A stretch of DNA of 64,000 nucleotides, taken from Camelus dromedarius. Its lineage: Eukaryota. Position 1 is the first letter of the stretch. Each line of letters opens with the position of its first letter. Below are positions 1 through 13,270 of this stretch, in pieces. Location: contig NC_087438.1 of the NCBI RefSeq assembly GCF_036321535.1, positions 1,304,001 through 1,368,000 of the forward strand, written 5' to 3'. The position numbers and the translations under genes are program-made. The notes below the pieces were generated by a model. It saw only the letters and a list, made by a program, of their open reading frames with translations. It searched no databases and was not told the DNA's origin.

Positions 1-879
1 AAACAGAAGGCCAGGACCCGTCGGAGGTCCACTAAGGATGCTCCAAGACCCACCTCCACGTTCCCAGTGCCCTTGAGCGTCCTTCCCCTGTGTTCCCGGG
101 TGAGATTCCTTTTTCGTTAATTCCATGTCTGTTTCCTTCTCGTTCTTTTCGGGTTGAACACTAGGAAGCAAAGACCAGATTTCAGGTGCCGACCCCACTG
201 ACCCTGAGAGCCGGAAGGGGTCTCTGGGCCCCTTGGGCCTGCTGCATGTGGAGGGGGGCCTTTCCTGCCCTGGTGAGCGCCCCCAGGACACCCCCAGGCC
301 CAGAAGGCCCTGTGCCCTCCGACCACACCTCCCAGTTCTCCCAGCCCCCTGTCTCCAGCAGGGATTGTCGTGGAGCTTTGGGATCTTCAGATAGAGAAGA
401 GTCTGGAATCTGGTTAAGACGTTTTGTTATAAACGATGTATAGAGACTTGAAAGTTACTGGGACTTTTACAGATTTCCTCTGTGATTTAAAACTTCTTCC
501 CTGGCAGATTTTTTTGTTGCCATTTTTAATAGACTTAGAGCCCCTTTTATCTTTCTGACATCTTTGTGACTACAGTTGCACACAAGTCTGAGAAATTTTG
601 CTTTACTTTAAACCAGCATTTTCTAGACAGTTTGTTTAGAAATGATCAGTTATTGATTTCAACTCAAAACAAATAGCTCGTGTATAACACTCGTGTCTGG
701 GAGGGCAGGGCTCCGTCAGGCGTCCAGGGGGCTCCAGTGCCTCTCCCGTTTTTCTGATAAAACATCCCTGGAGGAGGGTGGCCCTGCCCTCTCACTGGCC
801 CGCTGGACAGGGACCCACTGGGTAGAGCCCAGGCTGCTGGGAGGGGCTGCCCGGCTCTGGGTCCGCACACACTCAGGGT

Positions 880-1375
880 GCAGCCAGGTTGCACAGAATG
901 TGTCCTTGTTCATTAGGCTGACACACTAAATAAATTGACCTCCATTTTTTTTGATGCATTTTGAAGAAACCCAATCTCCGTCAATAGAATGCTGGAAATA
1001 GAATTTTTTTCTATCTGTTCCATGATTTTATTTTCAAATGTCTCAAATTTGAAAGGTCCAGGGAATCCGGGTTTAGTAGATGGGAGAAAGATGGGAACCC
1101 ACAGACCAGCTGCTTTATCAAGCAAATGTGGTGTGCTCAGAGATGCACCACCACCACGACAAGGAGATTTTCACAGCTGGGAAACGTGGAAGCTTACGTG
1201 CAATCCCTTTCAAAGGCGTTATGATTTTAGGTCCTACTTAATGTGGTTTTACATTACAACTCATTGCAAGACCAATAGTGAGTATTCGAGCTCATCTGTA
1301 ATCCGGGGTTATTGAAACATCCCCTTTCTTCCACTGTCGTGGAAAAGCGAGAGCTGGCTCAATTGTTTTATGAGA
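880..1375. promoter_or_regulatory. AT-rich non-repetitive island, candidate conserved non-coding element
   Basis: Abrupt drop in GC relative to the flanks, no recognisable repeat, several TAAT/TTAT/CAATTG homeodomain-type words. Conservation not verified. Confidence 0.3.
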
Positions 1376-4300
1376 AAAGGAAGGAGGAAGAGGAAAAATG
1401 CAACGTGGCATCAGAAGTGGTCAAAGCAGGCCCGGGGGGGCGGAGGCCAGCAGGGCCGGGGAGCCGTGGTTAAGCACAGGGGCATCCAGACAGGGGCTGC
1501 TACAAGTAACCCTAAAATATAAAGGGAGAAATATAGGTTCTTAAAAAAAAACACACACACAGCGTGTTTGTGCTGGAGGGTGAGAATGAACAGGAGCCTC
1601 TAAAATTAGGCTAATAAACCATTTGATTAAAAAGTGTGCTGGGTAAGCTTTACATGATGAGAATGATGAGGTCGGTAAAAAATGTTCTTGAATTAGCTGA
1701 GTTAGTATTCTTTTTTTTCCCCCAAAATTGTTCAACAGGAAAAAACTAAAAGCAAGTGTCTGAGCAATTATGAAGGGGCACAGATGTCATGGACGTGGCT
1801 GTGGGGGACCGGAGACGCCCGGGAAACAGGCGTCCTCAGGTGAGCTGCTTCCGGGGCCCGCCCCGGGCCCCGGGTGTTCCCAGCACTTCCTCAGGAACCC
1901 AGGGTCAAACGGCACAGAGCTCGCTGATGAAAACGTTGCCATGTGCGACCCATGAAGGAGAGGATGCCTGGATGCTCAGTGTGCTCTGGGGAGGGAGGGG
2001 GAGGGGCTCCCAGTGGGGACAGACCCACAGCCCTGGATGTGACTGTGTCACCACGTCACAGTGTGAGGCAGCCCAGACGGAAGACAGCACGGGGTCAGAT
2101 TGTTCAAAAGCATTCTTGATTTGGAGAAGAGACTTCGTTTGTCCGGGGCCCAGTGTGGCTGCGACCATCTGTCCTTTTGCACAAACTCAGTTTACTGAGG
2201 ACCGTGGCTGCTTGTACCTCGCTCGGATCCAAATCTGGCAGCTGCGCAGAGTGGGTGACAAGGCCACCCCCAGGGGAGGGGGTAGAAAGCGGGGCGGGAC
2301 TGGGCACGGGCTGGTTTGAGCCTCCCCTCCTCCAGCCCAGGGCGCAGGTGCCCCACACTGCCTCCCTGGCAGGGATTCCACGGGCAGCTGGGTCAACAGC
2401 ACCCCCGCGCCTGCCTGCAGTCCCTGCCGGAGAGAGTCTCAAAGCACTGTCCAGGGTCCCTCTGCCGATCCAGAGGCCACCCAGGGCGCCCCGAGCCCCA
2501 GAGAAAAGGAACAGGACGGGGGCTCCGCCCTCCTGCAGTTTCCCGTCCAGCCTGGGCCCCTGGGAGCAGAGGCCCCAGCGCAGGGAGGAGGCACACAGAG
2601 GAGGGAGCTCGGCAGGGCAGGAGCCCCGGCTTGGGAAGAGCCTCAGGGAGCAGGAACCTGGGCTGGTGTTTCTCCGGGGCGCTTGCTCCAAGCGCCGGGG
2701 GACACGGCTGTGAAGGGCCACAGGGAGTCCCAGGGGGCAGGTGGCCCGAGGGGGTGAGGGAGAGGGTGGGAGACCTGGAAGATGCAGCCAGAGAGGCGAG
2801 GACATGTCTGGGGGCACCTGAGGGACCCGGGCTTCTGACATGGAGTGACCCTGGCCACCAAGAGGTCTGGAGCCTTGACACACCAGGAGGATGGAGGATG
2901 GGCTGAGGGGCCAGGGCGGAGCAGCGGGGCCGGGGGCCTTGTGCCTGAACCCAGATGCAAGAGGATGGAGCCATGGGGAGTGCTGGCAGTGGGGAGGGTG
3001 GGCCATGCTGAGTTTCCATCCCTGTTTGATGTTTTGAACTGTGGGAGGTGGTCCCGAGGTTTAATCGTGACCACGGAGCACCAGTCACCAGAACCCCGGC
3101 TGTGGGCTGTGCGTGGGCTCCAGGGGACGCTAGGTCTCTGCCCAGTGGGACCAGGACTTTGTCAGAAGGGGCTTCCCCAGTTCAAGACACAAGTTGCCTC
3201 TGATAGAAAAAAGAGAGATGAACACGAAAAGAGTGTATAAATCACCTTAAAATCAAGCTGCCTTCCAACACATTGCCTGCTCTTCCCAGACAGAAAAGCG
3301 AGGCCAGCAGGAGGGACCCCCGTGTCAGCCCGGTCGCCCGCTCTGAGCTGAGCCTGGGGCCGCCTCACACCCACTCCAGGACCTGCCCTCTCGGGGAGAG
3401 CAGACCCCGCAGTGTGTCTCTGGGGGGGTGGGGGCGCAGGGGCTGGGGTGGGAGGAGCCTGCACAGGGCCGAGGGCAGGTCCCCATCACCCAGATGTGGG
3501 AGGCCTGTCCGGGTGCGCCCCGTGGTCTCCCTCATCCGTGTGGCGTCCCAGAACGCCACAGCTGCCCCAAGGACGAGGCCACTTGGCGGCAGGCACACTC
3601 ACGCAGCCCAAATGGGAATTTAACAACGTCTCGGGGTGAAGGCGTGTTGTCCCTTTTCTAAGCGTGTCACATGATCTCCCTGTGTGACATCGCCAACCCC
3701 CATCCCGGCTTTGTGGGCCTCTACGCATGAATAATTTTCCCAGTGCTTGTTTCTGGCGGAGCTGGAGAAAGAGTGCGTCGCGGGCACACCAGCCCTTGTC
3801 GCCTCTCGGCATTCCGCCGGCCTGAGCCGCTTACAGCAGTGTAAACACCCCCGTGGCATGTGTTGTAATATATGAGGCATCGTCCCTCTGAAGAACACAC
3901 GAAAGAAAGGACATTGTTCTGCGAGGGAGCGATTCATTGGGTTTTTCCCAGAGACTCTTGGGTCAAGTTTTTATAGGCCTATTTGATTTTCAAATTCTTT
4001 CTACCCTTTTTCCTCCCAGCAAGCATAGTGTCCAAAACTGCCTACACTCACTTCCCATGTTTTGTGGACGGTCGATGTCCTTTAAAAAGAGTATCTCAAA
4101 TAAGTCTTTATTCTTGTTTTGTTGGCTCTTATTCTGTGTTTTCATGAACTCTGGCCCCAGCCATGGCAACTGCAAGAAAAATGTTAGCAGTGATTGACAG
4201 GACCAGAAAGCGGGTCCCCATCCGCATTTCAAACACTCGGGGACAATGGCGTTTGGTGTGATTGAATTAATGAGATACCGCGGGCTGTCAAAAGAGCACA

Positions 4301-6299
4301 CATACTTTACATAAACCTGATTATCTTTGCATGGCAGAGATGGAAAAAAAACAGAGGAGGGGGCCGAGTTTGGCTTCGGCTTTGCCTCCAGAGGAGCCGG
4401 CCGGCCAGCCCGGCTCACGAGGGGCCGCCTCCCCGCCCGCCCACTCAGCCCGCATCAGCCACGGTCTTTAACAAGTCTATTCAGGGAGCCGGCGCCCAAA
4501 CGGGGCTCTTCTCACAGCTCAGCACCTCGGCGGGGTGCTTCATTTTCTCTGGGAGCCATTGTTCCACGTGAACCCAGCACACATTTCAGCCATCAGACCG
4601 GCGCGGGCGGCCACTGCCCCATCCCAGCCCCAGAGGTGACAGCCGGCGTGAGGGCTGCACGTCTGCAGGGACCCGTCCGGCTGGTGCCACCTTGGCCCCC
4701 GGGGAGGGGCGGGTGGCAGGAGCCCGTCCTCTTCTGTTTGGAATCCACCTCAGTTCCTGGGAGCGCGGGCTGAAGCTTCGCAGTTTTAGGGGGGAATCGA
4801 GGATGAGCGGCTGAAGTGTCTGTGTCCCTCCCAGAGAGCGGGGTGTTGTCCCTGCCTGGTGACGGCCCCTGGAGACAGGGTGCCCACGTAAAGGCGAGTG
4901 GGCCGGGGCTCCCAGGCAGGGCGGGGAGGGAGCGGGGACACCACTGCCATTGTGCCCCCATCACACTCTGGCCTCTAGGTCGCCCAGCAGCCCGCTGGCC
5001 GTGCTCAGACCCCAAGAGCTCCATCCGATGCCTGCAGGGTTGGCGGCTCTGCACCCCATCCCCCAGCCTGCTTGCAGGGTATGGACCAGACGGCACAGCA
5101 AAGGGAGCAGTCAGTGAAGTAAAACACGCGGGTGGCCCGTGCCCACAGTGGGCACCAGGCCAGAGTGTCCAGAAGCTTTGCTTGGGTCGCTGCCAGCGTG
5201 GCTCAGAATCGGGACCAAAACCAGCAAAGAGCCACAGAAGCTGCGAGGCCCGCCCTGCTGTGACACAGGCCAGACCGGGAAGGGGCTGACTGTAGAGCCG
5301 CTTCCCCAGAGCCAGTGTGGACTTCAGCCCCACCCCCAGGCCCCGGGCGGTGGCGTCCCCGAGTCGCAAACGCTGAGCCTGGTCTCTGTTCACAAAGCAA
5401 TTTCAGCGACACTTTGGCGGCCTGTGCCCGTAATCCGTCCGTGAATTCAAGCCCACGGTGGAGGGCGCGCACAGAAACAGAGCCGGCCAGGCGCAGTCCG
5501 GGTCACGTGTCGACCCCGCCTTCCCCACGTGAGCTCTGCCTCCTGGGCCCCCACGGCCCGGCTCCCTGGAGCACAGCTTCGGGGAACCGCATCCCCTAGA
5601 ATTCGCAGCAGCCTCTGTGTGTGAAACTCCGTGTCCCGCTCTGGTTCAGGGCTCGGAACGACTTCAAAATGCCTGACCAGGCGGGCACAGCACAGAGCAG
5701 GGCCCGGGGCTCCGCCAGCAGGTGTCTCTGTTTCCCACCGCTGGGCACCAGCCCGTCTCCCTGGGGCTGCCCAGGGTCACCGGCCTGCTGGCGGGGGTGG
5801 GGAGGGAGGTCCGCTCCTGCCCTTTCTTGTCTGGAAGTGAGGACGGCGTGCGCGGGAGAGCATTTCTGGAGGAACAGCATTGCGCCCTTCAGAAAAACAC
5901 TGGTTAGGAGATCCCAGACCCGACCCTGATTTAACCCCCCAAAGCACCCCCTCCTCCCAGGGCCGCAGGAGGCTCTGGGATTCTCCCGTTGAGTCCCAGT
6001 CAGGGCTGTCACTACAGGGCGACAGCAGCAACACTGGACACGGCCAGAGGAACGAACCGTCATTGGATTTTACAATCACATCTTCCTCGCTGTGTCTCAT
6101 AAACTCGCACCCAAAACGTACCTACAAGGGAGTTCCCGAGCGTCTGTGCCTGGCCTACTCTATTCACGGTCCTTTAATTTTCAGTTTAAAGTTCTATTGT
6201 TCTTTTCTTAAGGGAAATTTTTTATTTTGTTGTAAATCAGAAAGTTTGATAGTGGGCACTTTTTAAAAAGCTGTTGTCATATTCAAGTTCTACTTTAAA

Positions 6300-6480
6300 A
6301 TTTCAAACTCTTGCAAGATAAAACATGACTTGAATTTGCTTTCACATCTTTATGTTGTTTTGAGGAAAGCTCTCTGATAAGCTATTGCATTTTTGTAAGG
6401 CCACGAGGCACTGCTGTTAATCACACGGCAGATTCGTAAATCAGGGGTGGCACACGGGTGTGACTCGTCTCTGCTGTGAT
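6300..6480. promoter_or_regulatory. Candidate enhancer with a PBX-posterior HOX composite site
   Basis: TCGTAAATCA at 6434-6443 (reverse complement TGATTTACGA) in an AT-rich block that also has TGATAAG and TTAATC words. Confidence 0.35.
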
Positions 6481-8453
6481 CTCTGTGGCTGAAGTTACTC
6501 AAGACACTTGCAGGTGCTTGAGTCCTGGAAACCCGCCCCACTCAGAGCAGACCCTCAAAAACTTAACACTGGTGATGTTGAAACAATGACATTTCCAAAA
6601 CCAGAACAAAAATTCCCTGGAAATAAGAGCTTCGCTTCAGTTTTACTGAATGAATTCCTGTTAGGTTTTTATAAATTTAGCTCATGTTTGGGAAGCAATT
6701 TGAAGCAATCACGTTTCAACACAACAATGCTCATTCGTTATGAGCTCCTTGCTTTAAAAAGGTTTTTTGTAGCCCCTCGTTCCTGGGGAATTTTTTAGTT
6801 TTACGTTAGATGGTTTTCAAATTGAGACACAAATCATTGCCAGAGGGCACAGAGTGGTTCTGGGGAAAGAAATCTGTATTTGGAAGCGGATCCCTGAGAC
6901 CCCGATTCTCCACATTGGAGCCCTGCGCTCTTTACATATGGTGGTTCTGCTCCCTCACAGCAGGCTCCCTCTTACAAGGTACATTTTAGTTATAAAAAAA
7001 AATGCTTTCAATGATCATTAGACCTTTTAAACTGACATTTCAAAGCTTTTGCAGACAAGTTTGAACTCAAGCACCTGCAAGTGTTTGAACTCCCTGGTAA
7101 AGTTCAGCAAAGGAATGGCGTGCCCGGGGCCTCTTCCTCTGGCCGGAGGAGAAAGGTACCCTGGGGCAGCTTTTTCCTCCTGAGTGTCCAGACCTCCCAC
7201 AGCTTCCTGTTGGGTTCGACCAGGGAGGAGGCAGGAGAGCCTGGAGGCCTGGGGGGCGGCAGGGCTTGGGGTCACCATGTGTCACAGTGTCTCCAAGGTC
7301 CTGCTGCTCCAGCAAACTCGTGGCCTTGGAGGGGAACACGTACAGAGAGGCATCATATGGTGTGGATGGTGGATGCTGGATAAGCTGCTAGTTTACTCTT
7401 CTAGGCTGAGGGAGGTTACGTGCAAAGGTGACGAACCGCAGAACCAAGGGAGGCCAACCGGCCAACTCCCGGGGTGGAGAGCGTGTGGGGCGCCCGCAGC
7501 AGCCGGAACAGCCAGGCTCGGGTCCCTGTGTGCACGTGGCGGGTGCCCCGCGAGGCCAGCGAAGGTGCTGTCATAAGCATTCAGCACAAGGGGATGGAAC
7601 TCAGTGCATCTCCCTCCTGAAACAGGTAGACCTACCACTTTCCAGGGTCCCATGGTTTTGTTTCCGGCAAAGAACAGCCACCAATGTAAACTCACTGGTT
7701 GTTGCGGGCGGGCAGGATAAAGTGGGATCACCTTAGATGCCTGGCTGACAAGCATGTTTGTACGATCTGCCCCAGGGCGCAGCCTGAAAGCCAAGGGGTG
7801 CTTTCCAAGGTCACACACGGGGTTTTCTTTTGTTTCAGACTTTCACCGAGAAGAGCGTTCTTTTTAATAACCCCAGCAGCACTCCGCGATTGTCATGAGA
7901 AACGATGCTCGCAGGCGGGCCGCTGCGGCCCAAAGGGACCTTGGTGAACGGCTGAAGAGAGAGGGTAACCCCCTCTGGCACCTCCTTCAAAGCTTCATAG
8001 TTATGGCTCTAGGTCTGCTTTTGCCTTTGGGGGTTGGGGGCTGGAAAGAAATTCCTCTTCAACCCGGTTTTGGGAAGAACACTTTTGAGACGTGCACTCT
8101 GTTTCAGAGTCACCAGAAATCATGAGAACACAGTTGTCGTAGCAGAGCCAGGGCAGGGGATCGGCCATCGGTGGACGGAGGTTAACGTGGGGTGACGGCT
8201 GCCAGGGCCTCGCGGCCCTTCATTTCAGGGGAGCGTAAGTACTCTTCTTACCCCGGCCCCGGCCCCGTGACCCAGCTAGGAAAAGGAGGGCCACCAGCCC
8301 GCCCCGTTGCTGTGACGAGGACCCCTCCACTTTGTGAACCACCCCCACGGTCCAAGTGACGGGACCCCGGCCGACTGTGCCTGGGGCAGGGGACAAGGTG
8401 CTGGTCGTCACCCGAGTCGGAGCAAAGAGCAGGCACATCGCGTTTTCCCCGCG

Positions 8454-8512
8454 TGACCTTTGACGGAGCTGAGTTCTGAGCCGGGCGGCATGGAAGCTTT
8501 GACCTGTGACCT
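8454..8512 (-). promoter_or_regulatory. Two DR1 nuclear-receptor elements
   Basis: TGACCTGTGACCT at 8500-8512 is a perfect AGGTCA-n-AGGTCA on the minus strand. TGACCTTTGACGG at 8454-8466 is an imperfect DR1 containing CAAAGGTCA. Confidence 0.4.
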
Positions 8513-10484
8513 CACAGTCTCTGGGCAGTTTAAATAAAGCCTGTGTTCAATTTCAGAGTCTTTCTCATAACATCTAGAAGCTGCCTTCTCAGTCTCCATC
8601 TGTCTAATAAAACTGCAGCGGCTCGACGCTCGGCCCAGAGTGGGGAAACGGAGCCGACGGCTGGCTGAGCAGGAAAGGGTTAAGAAGCCGCCTGACCTGC
8701 AATTTCTCCATCAGCCTCAGGTCAACTCTGCTCATAAAACTCTGCACAAATATTTCTCTTTCTATCAGAGGAATTCTAATTCTGCACACAGACCAGGGCC
8801 ACTCAGATTATTACACATTATTAAAAATTAATTTAAAAAATGGTCTGGTTCTTGAGATGTGCTGTAGAGATTTGTGTCCAAGTTTGAAATTATAGCAGGA
8901 AAAAAATGGAAAGAAAAGCCGTCTGTTGTCCGTGCAAAAGACCCCCTGGAAAATGCTTCCTTCAGTTTTGACAGTCGGTCGTCGCCGTTTTGGGGGAGGC
9001 TCTCTTTACTGTAAAGACTGAGTTGCTACAAGTGACCTTAAAACGCAACAATGACAAGTGTTTCATCCATCGTCCACCCCTCTGCAGGCTTCTGAGTGAG
9101 TCAGGCTTGTGCCCTGGGTGGGGAGTCCAGGCTGGACCAGACCATGCCTTGCCCGGGACTGGGTGACGGCGTTCACCGAGGTCGGGGTGGACACCACGTG
9201 GCAGACAGCAGAGGCGGCTCTCATGGACACTGGCTCGACATCCCCAGGGGACGGCTGTGGGCCCCGTTGATGCAGAGCACGGGTGCCAACCCTGAGACGC
9301 AGGTGGACAAAATGACAAGCAGAGGTCTCTGTCCCGTCCTCCCCTCTGGTCGTTGGGGACATGTAGGCGGTGGCTGTGTGCCCGCACCTGTGGCTGACAG
9401 TCTCATGACCGCTCCTGTAAGGGCACAAACGGTGTGGTCCAGTCAAAGGCAAGGGGAGAGACTAAACCACCGCTGGCACAGGACACAGCCCCCCAGAGGC
9501 TGCCAGTCCCCGCGGTCGGCAGCCTCCTCTGTCCGACGCCGCGCCAGGTCCTGGTGGAGGCAGGAAGCCCCCTGATGCCTGAAGCCTGCTCCAGCCGAGG
9601 GGTCTGCTGCTCCTGCTTTCCTGCAGGGAAGCGGGGGAACCCTCGGCCTGGGCCTCTGGTCGGGCCATGCGACCCTGTCAGTTCCGGCTGTGGGTGGGTG
9701 AGGGCGTTCCCGGGGGGGAGAGGATGGCCACTGGGCAGGCACGGGGCAGGGCCGGAGACCGGGCTGGGGCACAGAGCAGACCGCCCTGCTGCTGAGACGG
9801 GGCGGCCCCGGGGAGGGGCTTTCCTCGGCTCCTGTGAGCCGGCCAGGGAGACATCCCAACCTGGGTCCCTAAATAAAACCGTCTCATCAACAGGGGCCTA
9901 GGGCACAAAGCTTCACCCGCAGGGCCAGGGAGAAAGCAGGGCCCAGGAGCAGGTCCTCCCCCTGGTCTCCATCGCCCACCTTCTGGCCCCAACACGGGGA
10001 CGGGATCCCCGTCTGGGGCCCCGTGCACTGGAGCCAACAGCTCTCGCTGTGCCATGCTCTCCCTGGGCTGGAGTTTTCAGCCCGAGAAGAGACACCCTGA
10101 GCTTCACGAAGGAGGGTGAAGAGACTCTGAGAGGGGAGTGGGTCCGCCGTCCTGCAGAGGCTGGTGCGCCTATCTGGTTCCGTAATTTGCAAAGAACGTG
10201 ACGTGGCCCACAGCACACCTTCAGGAGGAGGGGCGGGGCAGCGCCTCCTGGAACTTCGGTGCCTTCAGGGGAAGAGTCACAGTCTCACTTTTGTCTATAA
10301 CCCCACAGCCCTGAGATCATCTTCCCATGGACTCATCCTCTCAACTCAAGTGAACGGATAACTTGAGAGGAGGAGCTGGCCCTCCAGTCCACCTGCTGGA
10401 GATGCTCCCCGCACCTGCGGGGCAGGACACACCTGGACAGAGCCCCTGGGCCCATAGACTAGGCTCTTCCGGCCAGGGCCCCGT

Positions 10485-10853
10485 GGGTCAGTCTGTCTGG
10501 GTGGCGTCACAGCCACGGACAGTGCACTGCAACGGCAGATGCATGTTTCCTCGCAGTCTGGGGCTGCAGGTCGGAGGTCGAGGCGCTGGTGGGCTGGGTT
10601 CTTCCGAGGCCTCTGTCCTTGGTGCACAGATGCCGTCTTTTCTCTCCGTCCTCACGTGGCCGTCCCTCCGTCCTGTGTCTTCGTCCCTTCTTATGAGGAC
10701 ACCAGCCATTTTGGACTTGGGTCCACCTGTATGACCTCATTTTAACATAATTACCTCTTTAAAGACTCTGTCTCCAAAGACAGTCACACTCTGGGGTGCT
10801 GGGGGTTTGGGCTCCAACAGAAGAATTTGGGGGACACAGTTCAGCCACAAACC
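10485..10853 (-). mobile_element. ERVL-MaLR solo LTR (MLT1A/MLT1B-like)
   Basis: Reverse complement contains MLT1 hallmarks: gaactgtgtcccccaaattc...gtgtgactgtctttggagacagagtctttaaagaggtaattatgttaaaatgaggtcat...gctggtgtcctcataagaaggg. Length ~370 bp fits a solo LTR. Confidence 0.85.
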
Positions 10854-12854
10854 CTGTGCGCACAGCTCTTTGTGAGAAAACTCACAAGCGTGCCAGGCCC
10901 CGGGCCCTGCAAGACCAGGAGAACCCAGGGCTTTTCCTAACGAGGCCTCCTACCCTCCAGGATCTAGGGTGCCGCCTTCCTCTGGCCTGTCCCCTTCCCG
11001 CTGAATTTTACCCTGAGGTTAGGGATGCACAAGGAGGAAAGGGAAGACGGGGGAGGGGCGGGGGATGGCGGGGCCCCCACTGCAAGCACCCTCCTGAGAG
11101 TTTACATTTGTGGTCTTTTTCATCCCAGTGCCAACGCCCCGAGGTGGGTAGGACTTTGCAGACAAGAGAGCTGAGGACCTCGGAGAGTGAGGCTCGGAGG
11201 GTTAGGAGAGGCTGCACAGAGACCCTGGGTCGTGTGGGACCCGCCTCTGGGCGGGGGGCACTGGCCTGGCTCAGCCCAGCTGGCTGTCTGCGGACTGGAC
11301 AGGAGCTCGGACCTCGCAGGTGTAAGGTGACCCAGTTACCACGGGTCCCTCCCAGGAGAGGTGGCCAGGCCCGGAGAGCGTGCGCTGTCCAGGGTGGGTC
11401 ACTGAGAAGGTCGCCTTGGTGGTGGCACTAGCGTGCACACGCTTTCATCGTGGTGGCTGTGGCCTGGTCCCATCCCTACCCACTGCCCCAGCGCCCCCTC
11501 CGCTGAGGCCCCAGGAGTCAGTTACACTGAGAATCCCGCAGCCACTCTTCTCAGTCCCAGCTCGGGCTCAGCCAGGGTCCGAGGGTGTGTGTGTGTGAAC
11601 TCTGAGAGGCTGTGAAGGCTTCAGACGGGAGGCGGGACCTGCCCCAGGTTGTGTGCGAGGCGAGGGCTCCACCCCGAGCCACCTCCATCCAGGACCCCCC
11701 AGAACCCAGAGCACCCCCGGGGGCCAGGTCACTCCAGGTTGGGAAGCGCTGTGTTGCCAGAACAGAGGCTGCGTCCCGAGCGCCTCGCGGGTCTGCCCGC
11801 TGCTCAGTGCCCACCCGCTGCTGCCCCGTGATGTGTGACTTGACATTTAACTTTAAAATACAAATGGGACTTGAGCCCAGGATTGAACTGAGTCCCTCTA
11901 CGCAGATTCGCTGGCTCGGTCGGGATCCCACCAGGAGGACGGAAGCCAGTGTGTGCGTCTAGAACGCAATGCTTCGGGCAGGAGACCGGGGCCCCGGGCC
12001 GCTGGGGTGAGGCCGGGGCCCCCGGGCGGCAGAGCACCACTGGGACTTCAGCCAAGCGGGCAGTGTCCCTGCACCCTCGGGCACTAGGGGAGCGCCACTG
12101 GCCTCCGCTCTGGGCCGGGGCTGCCAGACCTCACCTGGGAGGCTCTGCTCCACACCTGCCGCGTGCAAGGTCCCCCTTTCATTTCCTTCTGTGATGGAGG
12201 TGGCCTGGGAGAGGGGTGGTGACTCTGAGCTGACACCAGAGGAGCCGCACAGGACCCAGGCTGGTCTGGACCAACGCGAGACTTCAGAGCCGCTGAGGTG
12301 TGCCGCTGGCCGTGGGGCCGCTTCTTCCAGAGACGGCCAGTGGGTGTGGTTACCGTGAGGTGTCCGGGGACTGTCCGAAGTTCCCTGAGCGGGCTCTGCC
12401 GGCTCCCTCCAGGGATCTCCCTGCAGGAGCAGTGACTGATGGCGACCCAAGGCTGGGACGTGCTTCCTGAATGCACCACCTACAAAGGCTTAAGGGGACT
12501 AACACCTAAGTCTGTTCCCAGCAGCGAGTTGGGGCCAAGTCACCTTTGGTGTACTTGTGTGTCCTGGGTGCCAGAGTCTGAGAGAGTCGCACTGGCTGCC
12601 GCTGCTCATCCAAGCTGACTGCTCTCCCGGGGTTGGGGGGCTTCTAAGCCTGCAGGTCCGGCCGCGGATGGTGAGGGCAGTGGGGGCCCGGGCAGGGCAC
12701 ACGGCTCCTTCTCGGGGTGGCCTGCGCCGTGCAGACCCCTGGACGCCTCCTGCTGGCCTCCTCACTGCACTCTCGCTCCTGGACACACGCCCCAGGCCTT
12801 GGGTTCCCACTGCCCGTGGATGTGGACGTGCGGGGCCGAGAAGGCATCTCGGGG

Positions 12855-13270
12855 GTTAATTCTCCACAGTCACCAGAAGAAAGCAAATAATACGATTGGG
12901 GTGCTGGTTTGTAAAATGAATTTTCAATGTGTAGCCCGCAGATGATCACCAATTGTGGTCAGTAAATAAAGGGCGCCTGATGGTTATTGCTGTCGGGAGT
13001 AATCATAATCCTCGCACACTGGGGCTGCGGAGTGCCCCTTTTGTGGCCGGCGTGGCTGACCCGCTGGCTTCGGCCGCTCCTTTCACGGGACGCTATTACT
13101 CACAGGGGACTAATCAATATTTCATCTGCACAATGTTCTCACTGAGGTGTCTGTGTCCATCGTGGGCCCGCTGATAAAGACTCCTTTATTCAGGCCAGCT
13201 TGTAGGAACAGGAGAGGAAAGGAAAGGGGAGAGAATTATAGCAGATGCTCATAAAAGTGTCGTGAGGGTT
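12855..13270. promoter_or_regulatory. Candidate conserved non-coding element (developmental enhancer-like)
   Basis: Unique, lower-GC block with GTAAATA (FOX, 12962-12968), TAATCC (K50 homeodomain, 13006-13011), TAATCAATA, TGATAA and CTCATAAAA words. Confidence 0.45.

Noticed and set aside
2104..3088. Long overlapping ORFs (300 aa and 231 aa, minus strand)
   Set aside because: Pro/Gly/Arg/Ala-rich with no recognisable domain, and ORFs are open in several frames on both strands, as expected from stop-codon scarcity in high-GC DNA.
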